A stretch of 63,966 nt of DNA, counting the filler, from Octopus bimaculoides (lineage: Eukaryota): the NCBI RefSeq assembly GCF_001194135.2. It is 3 parts of 3 records of this genome, joined end to end, with 100 filler letters (N's around TTAATTAATTAA, not from the genome) between each part and the next. Parts side by side here need not be neighbours in the genome. Positions count along the whole stretch, not along the records: positions 17,020 to 32,092 come from NC_068989.1; positions 32,193 to 63,966 come from NC_068991.1; 1 more part is not named here. One strand, 5' to 3'. The notes below the pieces were generated by a model that was given only the letters and a program-made list of their open reading frames with translations, was not told where the DNA came from and ran no database searches. A program made the position numbers and the translations under genes. This document shows, one piece after another, positions 27,554 to 39,127 of the stretch (position 1 is its first letter; each line of letters opens with the position of its first letter).

Positions 27554-29690
27554 TGTCTGTCAGGAGGAATTGTAGAAGAACTGTATAAATTTCTTGATGA
27601 GAACGATATATTACCGCCAGAATAAAAAGGCTGTAGTAGGAGATGCAGATTTACCAAAGATCAACTACAGTAATCCCTCGACTATCGCCGGTGTTACATT
27701 AAAAAATCTACCATGATAGGTGAAAATCCGTGAAAGAGAAACAGTACTTTACTGTCTACTTATTATTTTTATAATTTGTATATATTTATCTTATTATAAA
27801 TGTAAAACAACATCATGGAGGAATTGATGGAAGCTTAAATAATAAACTGCGATAGGTGAACCGCGATATGGCGAGGGATTAGTGTATTGATAGACAAACT
27901 GGTAATGCAAGATTCTAAACATAGGAGAACAAATCTGGGAATGGCCTGGATTGACTTTCGCAAAGCTTATGATATGATTCCACATTCGTGGATCATCGAG
28001 TGCTTAGACCTCTTTGGAATTGCGAGGAATGGAACGTGTTTCCTGAAGAGAAGTATGGTAGGATGGAGAACTGAACTGACATCTTATGGAAAAAGCTTGG
28101 TATCTAAAGAGGGTTTTTCCAGGGTGATAGCCTATCTCCGTTGCTTTTTGTTCTCTGCATGATACTCATGACCTTAGTACTTAAGAAAATGAACCTGGGG
28201 TACCAACTGAAGGAAAAATCCCAAACAATCAAGCATCTCTTCTTCATGGATGATTTGAAACTGTATGGCAAAGATGAGACACAAGTGAGTTCCTTGGTGA
28301 ATATGCCCAATGATTTAGTATTGATATGAGAATGGAATTTGGACTCAAGAAGTGCAGAATAATCTACCTAAAAAGAGCCAAGGTACAGTACCTAGCAGGG
28401 ATAGAATTATCAAATAGAGACTTGATTAAGAAAACTGAAACAGAAGGATACAAATACCTTATTGTATTAGAGTTCAACGAGATAATAGATTAGGAAATGA
28501 AAAAGCAACTGAGGATGGAGTATTTCCGAAGACTAAGGATGGTGTTGCGCTCAAAATGGACTGAATTGAATAAAATCCAAGCAGTTAATGTGTAGGCGAT
28601 AGCATCACTTTGGTATGAAGCGGCAATTATAAAATAGCAAAAGAGAGAAATGAGGAAAATGGATTTCATGACCAGAAAAAATGTTGACAGTATACAGAGA
28701 CTTCCACACTAAGAGTGACACCGATAGGCTGTACTTGACCAGAAGAAAGGGTGGGAGAGGATTGATTAGTTGCCAGGACTGTATCGAAGCAGAGGAAAAC
28801 AACTTAGGGTGGTATATAAAAAATACCATGGAGTCAATCTTGAAACGCACAAAGAAGGCCGGCGTCATCAACACTGAAAATTGTGTAACTAAAGAAAAAT
28901 TCAAACAAAAAAACAAAACAAAAGAAAAAGAATGGAAAGAAAATAAAATGTACGGTCAGTTTGCAAGAGATGTGAACGTCAAGACAGATACAGAAGACCA
29001 GTTGCTATGGTTGAGGATAGGTGACCTGAAGATAGCGACAGAAGCACTCATATGCGCAGTTCAGGAGCAAGCATTAAGGACCAATTATACGAAGTGTAGA
29101 ATAGACAACACTACTGATATCGACAGATGCAGAATGTGTGGTGAGAGGGGTGAAACGGTATGTCACATCGTTAGCGGATTCCCGAAATTGGCACAACGTG
29201 AATACAAAAGACGCCATGACAATGTGGCAGGAATGATCCATTGGGAGCTCTGGAAATCACGGCCTACAAAGAGCAAAGACGTGGTATGAGAAAACTCCAG
29301 TAGGAGTCACTGAAAATGAGAACTGCAAAATCCTGTGGGATGCAATGATTCAGTACGATCACCTTACCAAACATCAGAAACCGGACATTGTTGTGGCGAA
29401 TAAAAAGAAAAGAACAAATCTGATAATCGGCATAACATGTCCCGATGACAACAAGATCAATGTGAAAGAAGAAAAACTGAACAACTATGACGATTTGAAG
29501 TGGGGAGTACGAAGGTTGTGGTCAATGAAGAGAGTAGACGTGATACCAATAGTAATTGGTGCACTTTGAAATATCAGCACTCAACTACCAAGATATCTGA
29601 AAAAATATTGGTGCAAGTGTGAAGGTAGAACACCTATAAAAATCAGCATTGCTTGGAACTGCAAGAATTCTTCGCAAGGTTCTTGAAGCC
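27553..29690 (+). mobile_element. 5'-truncated R4/Dong-like non-LTR retrotransposon (RT, CCHC, restriction-like endonuclease), decayed
   Basis: MAWIDFRKAYDMIPHSW, GIFQGDSLSPLLF, HLFFMDDLKLY, RLYLTRRKGGRGL, CRMCGERGETVCHIVSG, RRHDNVA, KPDIVV, IPIVIGAL and SALLGTARILRKVLE. Starts directly after an (AAT)n tract. Confidence 0.9.
27668..27884. mobile_element. pogo/Tigger-type MITE inserted in the LINE RT
   Basis: TIRs CAGTAATCCCTCG / CGAGGGATTAGTG with a TA duplication (27666-27667, 27885-27886). Excision restores the LINE peptide TKDQL-LIDK. Confidence 0.9.
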
Positions 29691-29699
29691 AACATCTAC

Positions 29700-30290
29700 A
29701 CGGTTAATATGTCGGCATTATAAAATCAGGCTTATTGACAAGTGATACAAGGGTCACTCTGACATTTCTATATACAGAGACAGAACCATTGAAGCTAATA
29801 AACTTGATATTGTTGTAAAATACCAAAATAATAATGTCAGTTTATTATCGATATCAGAATCCCCTGTGATCATAATATTTCAGTAAAAGAATTTGACAAG
29901 TCCAGAAAATATAAAGATTTGTCCATTGAAAACAAAATGTGGCATCTCAAGCAGTTACAATATCAATGATTGTAGAAGTAGAAATGATCAAAAAAGGAAC
30001 TGACAATTATTTGAGAGCGATCTGTGGCTTACCATCCTTGCAAGAAGTGCAAAAGATTGTTTTAACTGGTACGTCACACGCATTGAGAAGAGCACTGTCG
30101 CCGTGAGATACAATTACCATACATGTAAATAATATTTTTCTACATAACCTTTCTTTTTGATTTTGTAAATGCACAATCTAGTGTGTTTCTTTTAATGGCC
30201 TATCAATGTATACAGTGAGATTCTGTGTCGAAGAGACACTCGGCAAGAAATAGAAAGAAAAATTGAAAGAAGTTTAAGATTTATAATAAT
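29700..30290 (+). mobile_element. R4/Dong-like 3' fragment, different subfamily
   Basis: DRTIEANKLDIVVK, KEFDKSRKYKDL and SLQEVQKIVLTGTSHALRRALS*; 3' UTR ends in ataataataat. Confidence 0.75.
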
Positions 30291-31089
30291 AATAAGAAGA
30301 AGAATGATAATAATCCTTTCTACTTTGAGAGAGAGAGAGGGACAACCGATTACATCAACCCCATTGTAAAATTGGTACAAAACAATACAAGACAATACAT
30401 TGAGAGTTTGCATAAACTGAAGCGTGTAAGCAGTAAAAAAACAATTGCAATATACATTTTTTAAGAACAAAAAATTCCACAAAAGCTGAAGACTTCCTAG
30501 GGCTGCTCGTGGAGACTGCACAGAACCACGGTCGTCCCGGCCACTAGTGCCAATGCCCTCTCCACATCTTCATCCCTTAATTTACAGGTACGCTTGTTCA
30601 CTCGGACCATTCTGGCTGTATTCAGCCAGTCGATTTTCGTCGACGCCCAGATTTTTCCCGAGAGCGTCGTGGCACTTGCCCACCATCAACACTCTATGAA
30701 ACTTCCACCAATCGCTTTGTCCGATTTACAAAGGACTGTGAGCACCTGACGATGTTCTATGTATCAGGTGCGCTGATAAAAAATTTGAATACCAAATAGT
30801 AAAGCAGCAATAATATGTGAAAATTAGTATTTTATTGACTAATATATTTATCTGTATGCAGTTTTACAGACTCTGAACTATATATGTATCTCATTATTCA
30901 GCTTTATTTCAAGATTTCTTGTTAATAGAGAAAGAGCAGGTTTCCAAACTAGATCCTAGGTTTCTTCGTTGGAATTTCAACATCAACAGGGTATTTTTGT
31001 ATGTATGTATCTGCACAAATTTGTATATTTTGTTTTATGTATGTATTTTCATGCATATAGTTGCCTATCTAGATTGCTCATATATTCTT

Positions 31090-31700
31090 AAAGGATAAAC
31101 TTCTGGAAAGTTTTACAGATTTTTACAGTTCCAGTGATGGCTTGAATCTGTAGTCTTCGAATCAGCTTTGATTTTTGAGAAGCCTAATTTTTTAAGATTG
31201 ATATTTAAGCAGTGTGTTACATATTCCAGTACCCCAACAATTACAGGTATAATCTTGAACTTGTAATCTGGATAGACTAACTGCAGATATTTCAATAGTT
31301 CAGCGTAGGTATTCTCATTTTCACTGATCTTCAGCCTTATGTTAATATCCGTTGCGCAGTTGATTTCCACAACTGTGCACAGTTTTTCTTCTTTATCCCA
31401 AGTGTATTCTAGGTCTATTCTATTTACATTTCATTGAGGTTTTCACTAGGACATTCCACTAGTACTCCTTTTTATTATGAGTGGCTATGCCTTTTTCCAT
31501 ACTGTGAATTCTTATTTCTTTGTCCCTGGAGTTATCCTTCCGACGGATCTCATTATATAGTGTCCTAGACACAACATCATGTCTGATCGGTAAATACCGA
31601 GATGACATTTTCGGACAACTGCTTTTGATCTTGGTGATAACTTCGGTGTTAACTCTACAAAGTCTGCATCAGTTGTCACATTTTCTTGCTTTTCCTGCAT
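31090..31700 (-). mobile_element. RLE-type LINE 3' fragment
   Basis: EINCATDINIRLKISENENTYAELLKYLQLVYPDYKFKIIPVIVGVLEYV, homologous to 22470-23020. Confidence 0.7.
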
Positions 31701-31809
31701 CCATGTGTTTTTTGTACACCAGATATTTGGTTGATATTTCCTATTCATGGATATGTGTGTACGCATGTACATGTATGTATATACAGCGGCACATATATAT
31801 GTATGCATG

Positions 31810-31848
<39 letters not shown>

Positions 31849-32136
31849 TTGCTTAAAAGAGTTCCAACACTGTCTGTTTTTTATGTTTTATTTATATTCC
31901 TGCAGAACTAATGTGGGGTATAGAATATGGAATATACAATATATAATATGATATACAATATACAATATAAAATAAAATAAAATAAAAATGGATGGCACCA
32001 TGAAAGAAAGTATTGAATGTAGATGAAATATTGAGTGTTCAATATAAAGGATCAAATATATAAATATATAAATATAAATATATATATATAAANNNNNNNN
32101 NNNNNNNNNNNNNNNNNNNNNNNNNNNNNNNNNNNN

Positions 32137-32148
32137 TTAATTAATTAA
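32137..32148. other. Artificial scaffolding linker TTAATTAATTAA between N runs
   Basis: Same as 16964-16975. Confidence 0.9.
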
Positions 32149-32192
32149 NNNNNNNNNNNNNNNNNNNNNNNNNNNNNNNNNNNNNNNNNNNN

Positions 32193-32668
32193 ATACGAGC
32201 CCTCGTTATTATATCCGCCATGGGCATGGTGTTCACGTCCGGTAGTTTCTGCAATTCGACCGACAGGTGGTCAGGAAACCCAGTTATAGACGCCAACTTT
32301 AATGTTCGATCCAGCGATTCTCCCTCGTACCCCGCCAGTCTAGCCAACCTCCTAAGTTCGTTGGCAAACACGTCGACCTGTTCGCCGGTCCACTTCGCTC
32401 TCCCCAGGCGAGCGTACGCCTCAAACATTCCTTCTGCGAAGGCCTCCATCAAGCGGATTTCTATTTTCTCCGCGCTAACTTGGTCCCTCTCTTCCATCTC
32501 TAAAAATAGTGCCAACGCCGGACCATCCAAGTAGATTGATAGAAAACTTGCCAAGTCGCATATCCCTTGGAGCTTCGCGACCAGCTTCATCTTTTTTAGC
32601 CATGCGACCACGACTGTGTCGCCGCAAAACAGTTTAATTATATCACTAGAAATCCGGACTACACTCAT
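32193..32668 (-). mobile_element. Gypsy/Ty3-type gag ORF (truncated by gap)
   Basis: Uninterrupted MSVVRISSDIIKLFCGDTVVVAWLKKMKLVAKLQGICDLASFLSIYLDGPALALFLEM...GEQVDVFANELRRLARLAG; GC-rich, directly downstream of an LTR. Confidence 0.75.
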
Positions 32669-32699
32669 AATTTTTTTTTTCTTATGGGCTGAAATAGCT

Positions 32700-32951
32700 T
32701 GTGGTGTGATGGAGGGAAAAAGACAAGAAGCAAAAGGACAGAATGAAACGTTGGACCTTACCTTGTCGACCGCAGCAGAGTACACGATCGCTCCTGATCA
32801 GAACACGTCTTTCTCATAACCTCTCTGTTTTCTGACTGACTCCACGTGCTAGCCTTCGACCGCGTGTCGCCGACTTCCGATCTGACCCTTCCGGTCTGGC
32901 TTCACCTCTTTCCACCACAACACACAGCTCATCACAGCCCATAACACCACA
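32700..32951 (-). mobile_element. 5' LTR of the Gypsy element (about 252 bp)
   Basis: Minus strand begins TGTGGTGTTATGG and ends CCATCACACCACA: TG...CA ends with 12/13-nt inverted termini. Confidence 0.7.
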
Positions 32952-33525
32952 CTACATTTATTCAATTCGATTTACATAACAGTAAGAATATGTAGTAGAG
33001 TTTATTCAAGGCTATGAGTTCATTCCAAGATTCTTTTTCACCACAAGATGTGAATATCAAAACTGAGAAATGCAGAGTAGTGACAGATTGCAGCTACTTT
33101 TGAAAAAAAAAAAGAGCAAATAATGTGTGTGTTTGTGTGTGTGTATGTATGTACACTAGTCTAAAAACAGGTGTTTATTTGTATCTGTTTACATTCCAGA
33201 ACTTAGCTGTTCAACAAGTAGAGATCAATAACATAAGTCTCAATATGATTGACCAAAAGCTTGAAGATGGTACTGCAATCTAATGACTGAAACCAGTCAA
33301 AAAGCATGTATGTAAGAGAGAGAGGGATTATTGGTATGTTTAAATATGAGTAAGGTTTACCTATTCTAAGCATTTTAATAATCGAGGGGAGAGAAAATAG
33401 AGGAAGTAGAAGGCTGAAGCAAAGGCAATAGAAAGATACACAACCTGTAAATATTTTTATAAAAAATAAATAAAACTATGAAGGGATTTAGTTTGTGATT
33501 TCAAATGCTTTAATTTCAAGAATAA

Positions 33526-33588
<63 letters not shown>

Positions 33589-33622
33589 CAAAAANNNNNN
33601 NNNNCTTTAATTTCAAGAATAA

Positions 33623-33685
<63 letters not shown>

Positions 33686-36023
33686 CAAAAAATATATAGT
33701 TCTATATATATATAGTATAATAATTGTGACAATTTAGATATAATCACCAACAATAACAACATATTGTAATTGCCACGAGAGCAAGAATTAATGTTCCCTG
33801 CTCATTGACAAAGGCTTACAAACACACTTCAATCCGTCAGATAAGCTGTCTACTCACCATCTTTTCTCCTGCAACCACAACAGCTTCTTTGCCTCAGGGT
33901 AAGTAAGTTAGTTGCATGTCCTCAAACATCCAGATAAAACACACACGCACTCCACTCTGATAAACTCTTTCTCCCTCAGAACAACTTTCCTTCCTGCTCA
34001 CATGTTCCTTCAGACATTGCTTCAAAGACATCTCAGAGAAGCTGTGTGCATCATACACATCAACCCTCATTTTATAGTTATTTCAAACAATAGCATCATT
34101 AATTACAGGTTTCCAATGGACAATCACTGGCTTATTGCTTTCCTGATAGACACTGTTTTGTCACTGTGACTAACTTGATGCAAAGAAACACCTTAACTCT
34201 TTAAAACAACCATATCCAGCCCAAATATGCAACCTGTGTTCCGTTCAAACTAGCCACATCCAGAATCTCACATTTATTCTGCAATGTCATTCTATAAATA
34301 TACAATCACATCTTCATATTCTTGAAGTTACAAGATACTGCATGATTATTTCAAAACATTGTGAATAAATAGGCACAGGCGTGGTGGCTGTATGGTAAAA
34401 AGCTTGCTTCCCAACCACATGGTTCTGGGTTTAATCTCACTGCATGGCACCTTGGACATGTGTCTTGTACTGTAGCCTCAGAGCAACCAAAGCCTTGTGA
34501 GTGGATTTGGTAGACAGAAACTGAAAGAAGCCTGTTTTGTCTTGTCTTGTGTGTGTGTGTATGTCCATATTTTTCCCACCCCACTGCATCACTGCTTGAC
34601 AACCAGTGTTGGTGTGGTTGTATCCCCATAACTTAGCGGCTCAGCGAAAGAGACCAAAATAAGTGCTAGTTTTAAAATAAGTCCTGTGGGTCAACTTGTT
34701 CAACTTAAAACCTTTCAAGGTGGTGCTCCAGCATGGCCACAATCAAATGACTTGAACAAGTAAAAAAGTAAAAGAAAAAATAAGGATAATCTGAATGCTT
34801 AAGGGTTGAAGGACGGTTTGTTAACCACAACCTTTTTCTTGCTCTCACCCACACACAAACATACAATGGGCTTCCACAGAATTTCTGTCTGCCAAATTCC
34901 ATGGACAAGGTAATGCAAAAAAATTTACCACAAAGTATTGAACTAGAGACTGTGTGGTTCTGAACAAAGAATGTAAAGCACACAGCTAACAGTGTCCAAT
35001 CTTCTTCACTGAATCATAAAAATCAAGTGCATTAACTTAAGTGTTCCACAAGTCTGGAAGAGACTATCTTGCTTTGCTTATGCAGCTAATATTTTTTTGG
35101 AAAACCATATCTTCTCTCTATTGTGTCAAATGAACTCAACACACATTATACATTTAGCAACATATATATGTAAATGCACACATATTCAGACACATACAAT
35201 TAAATAATATTAATCAGTGCACAATAGTATATGTCCATTACAGTTGACCTTACCAATTGTTTTCACACTGGGTATTAAATTGGATATTAGATAACAGCAC
35301 AGTAAAGTAATACTGTGTGCTCATCAGAGCTGGCAGGCATAGAAGATCTATGGCCGTATTTTTTCCATCCCATCAGCCACAATGGGTATATAATACCATA
35401 CACTTTAATATGCCCACTCTTAAATATAAGAGGGAATATTTTTACCTGGCTTATGGATTCTTAGACAACCTACAAATAAATAATAAAATATAAATACACA
35501 CAGATATATCAAAATATGTTAGAATAGATATGAACCAGATTAAATTCTTAAAATCCAGTGTCCTAATCATGGGAGAAATAATCCAGCTGAACACGAGTTG
35601 ACTATAGGAAACATCACTCGAGTTAATGGAAATATAGATAAAATAAAAGATAGACAAGAAGTTATGACATGAAAGTATTTATAAATGAGTTACATGGATA
35701 TAAATATAACTAAGCAGAAAGATAGTCTATGGGTATGCTTCACAAATATACAGACACTAGCAAACACTCGTCATTCATCGAGTTGAAAAAAGCTGCCAAA
35801 ATTGTACTATGAATATTGAAAGTTATTTATTTACATTGTATTAAGCATATATAAGAAATGACTTAACATTCATGTAGACAATAGAGCTGTTTCCTTCTGG
35901 CTAATACCATTATGGGTGCATATAAACTTCTGGTCTACAGTCTCTAATATTTCAGTCTATAAATGAAGCAAATATTGCAGACTTTGGCCAATGTCTAGTA
36001 CAAAATAATTAAATAAAAGTTCA

Positions 36024-37345
36024 GGGAAAACTAAAAACATATGTACTATAATTTATTGAACTTAAGTATTACAATGAACAAAAATACAAATAGCTTTTCT
36101 TACATAAATATATAGCATAATGTTGATTATATCAATTCAAAGTTATTATTCATTCTGCAAATTTTAGTCCGTTCATCCCATGCTAAAAACTTCCTTATAG
36201 ATAATGTTTCAGGTTTTACCAGTAGGGGCAAAAATGAAAAGATTGTTCTTACTCCCCACTCTGAATGTTCCAACATATAACTAACCATGTGAAAAATAGT
36301 CCTCTTCTAATTGCAAACCAGCAATTCTCAAAGTCTGACCTTTAGACTTATTAAGCAAACATCACAAAAGATAGATGAATTGGAAATTGAAGCCATTTGA
36401 ACCTGAAGGGGATATTGGAAGGTATTAAAAGACAGAAATTATTGTGGCCTCTATGACATTTCATGTTAATTTCTTGAGTCTTGTGTCATTGCATGACTTT
36501 GTTTGAGAAAGGTTGCACAGAAGCATGATTAGAGTGCCTATTTTCAATTGAAGGCAATGAGGAGCTCCTGGTGGCTCCAGTGAGTTTCAGAACTCAACTG
36601 GGTAATTGACTATTTCCAAGTCATCCACAACAGTGTCTATAGATTTGTATACTCTTTTACATGTTTCAGTCATTTGACTGCGGCCATGCTGAAGCACCGC
36701 CTTTATAATCAAGCAAATTGACCCCAGAGCTTATTCTTAGTAAGCCTAGTACTTATTCTATCGGTCACTTTTGCTGAACAGCTAAGTTACGGGGACGTAA
36801 ACACACCAGCATCGGTTGTCAAGCGATGTTAGGGGGACAAACAGACACACAAACACACACACACATACGACGGGCTTCTTCCAGTTTCCGTCTACCAAAT
36901 CCACTCACATGGCTTTGGTCAGCCCGAGGCTATAGAAGACACTTGCCCAAGGTGTCATGCAATGGAACTGAACCCGGGACTATGTGGTTGGTAAGCAAGC
37001 TACTTAACACACAGCCACTCCTGTGCCTATGTATGTTCGTTTGTATGTTCATTTCCTGATAAAACTTTCGTGAGTCTTTCATTTAAATTATTCACAGTAA
37101 TGTTCTTTGGTGCCATGATTGCTCTTTTGCACAACCATTATTTTACCCTTCTGATAAAACCCTAAACATTGTCCTATAAGGAAGTTTTTAGCATGGGATC
37201 AGCAACATAATATTTGCTGAATGAATAATAACTTTAAATCGATATTGTCAAAGTCATACTATATTCGTCTAAGAAAAGCTATTTGCATTTTTGTTTGTTG
37301 CAATACTTAAGTTCAATAAATTATAGTACATTTTGAGTTTTCCCC
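36024..37345. repeat. Old foldback element with about 205-bp inverted arms
   Basis: 36024-36232 versus the reverse complement of 37140-37345, about 80% identical by eye; includes the exact block atgtactataatttattgaacttaagtatt. Confidence 0.85.
36655..37030 (-). mobile_element. Full-length tRNA-type SINE, family A (reference copy)
   Basis: Head aggcacaggagtggctgtgt..gttcagttcca (A/B-box-like), body ttggtagacggaaactg, tail gcatggccgcagtcaaatgactgaaac. Other copies at about 3274-3390(+), 12570-12665(-), 21090-21300(+), 34372-34770(+), 42676-42830(+), 43467-44037(+), 49243-49400(+), 49775-50118(-), 56570-56740(+) and 63314-63520(+). Confidence 0.85.
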
Positions 37346-37929
37346 AAAATATTTGGTTATCACCCTTAGACGGTCGCTAATTTTTTTTTAGTCGGGGGGT
37401 GGCTGTGCTATGTGCAACATTTTGGAAAAGGGCCCATAAATCTTTTAGTAGGGGTACACCTAGAGACTTGGGACCACTTCCATTGCCTTCCTCCAAAAAT
37501 TTTACACAAGAATTAACTTTTAGTTTTTGTGTAGATGTTCTAGCCTTTCTTCCTATAACTCAACACACACACAGATGTTCATCTTTATTATATAGATTGG
37601 GATGTTACATAAGCAAAAATACAACCAAGTAGAAAGATTGAAGACCATGGAATATCTTTCTGCTTAATTATATTTATTTTTATGTAACTTATTTATAAGT
37701 ACTTTGATACTATAAACAACTGCTTCTCTATCTTATTATACACACATACATATATACATACACGTATACACACATATATTATTTGTTCAGTGTATTTTAG
37801 GTAAAAACCTTGTCACACATGTTTAAGAGCTCCTATGCAATCGTATGGCTACCAAGTTATTACCTCAAAGTATTTCCAGCTGTGAATGTACATGCAAAAC
37901 TTTTTTTGTAGGATTAATAAAATAATAAT

Positions 37930-38585
37930 GGCATCAAATTTTACCACACGGGCAGCAATTTTGGAGGAGGGGATGAGTTGATTACATCAACACTAGTGTT
38001 TAACTGGTACTTATTTTATTGACCCTGAAAGGATGAAAGGTAAAGTCGACCTCAGTGGAATTTGAACTCAGAACATACCAACAGGTGAAATACTGCTAAG
38101 CATTTTATCCAGCGCGCTAACAATTCTGCCAGCTCGCCTCTTTTATTACAATCCTTTCTACTATAGGCACAAGGCTTGAAATTTGTGGTGAGAGGGATAG
38201 TCAATCACATCAACCCCAGTACTCAACTGGTACTTGATTTATCGACCCTGAAAGGATGAAAGACAAAGCTGACCTCAGTGAAATTTGAACTCAGAACGTA
38301 GCAGCAGACAAAATACTGCTAAGCATTTCACCCAGTGTGCTAACAATTCTGCCAGCTCGCCACCTTGATAATAATAATCCTTTTAACTGGAAGCACAAGG
38401 CCTCAAATTTGGGGGGAGAGGACTAATCGATTACATCGATCCCAATGTTTCACTGGTACTTGGTTCATCAACCCCAAAAAGATGAAAGGTAAAGTCGACC
38501 TTGGCAGAATTTGAATGCAGCGACAGATGAAATACCACTAAGCATTTCATCCAACATGCTAACGATTCTGCTAGCTCGCTGCCTT
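37930..38585 (-). mobile_element. Three head-to-tail family B SINEs
   Basis: Three about 210-bp copies of ggcgagctggcagaat..gttcaaatt..gtcgactttacctttcatcctttc..gtaccag..ccccaaattt..ccttgtgc, separated by short (AAT)n. Confidence 0.88.
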
Positions 38586-39127
38586 AATAATAATAATAAT
38601 AATAATAATAACACAAGAATAAAAGTGAATGATGTAAATTTCTCCTAAGATTACTCCTAATAATTACTATGTATTTGAATATTGTTCAACATCAGCTGCC
38701 TGTGGATGCTTTATCAGACGAAGTACTATTAAGAACTGCTAGATTTTTCAGAATTTACCTTCTCAAACGATGTATAATACTTTCCACCAATCAAATAATT
38801 ACATTCTGATGGTGCGTTGTACTTATGACTAACAAATAAAAAAAAACTCATTATAATAATATATATAAATATATTCAAATAATCTGTGTGTGTTGTGTAC
38901 ACATACACCTATATTTGAATGAATGTGCATCTTCATAAGTCTTCATGAATAAATGTTTTTTCATTTTTTATATAAAGCAGTACAAGTACTTTAAAATAAG
39001 AATATTCAATTGAATTAATCCCAGTATATATAACTGGTACTTACTTTAGAGAAAAAGAAAAAAAGAGTCAACATCAGAAAAATTTGGATTGAGATTAATA
39101 AAGAAATTTAACTAAATACCACATGAC

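Noticed and set aside
33505-33690. Direct duplications around 10-N gaps (also about 7100-7279)
   Set aside because: These are most likely overlapping contig ends left unmerged, not real duplications.
33780-34170. Exon-like stretch with donors on both strands
   Set aside because: No convincing acceptor or recognisable peptide; probably decayed repeat DNA.
37148-37225. Exon-like segment with a minus-strand donor
   Set aside because: It has stops in all frames and is the arm of the 36024-37345 foldback.
37930-38585. Family B SINE as partner of the Dong-like LINE
   Set aside because: The SINE sense-strand tail is (ATT)n, whereas the LINE ends are (AAT)n, and no shared 3' sequence was seen.
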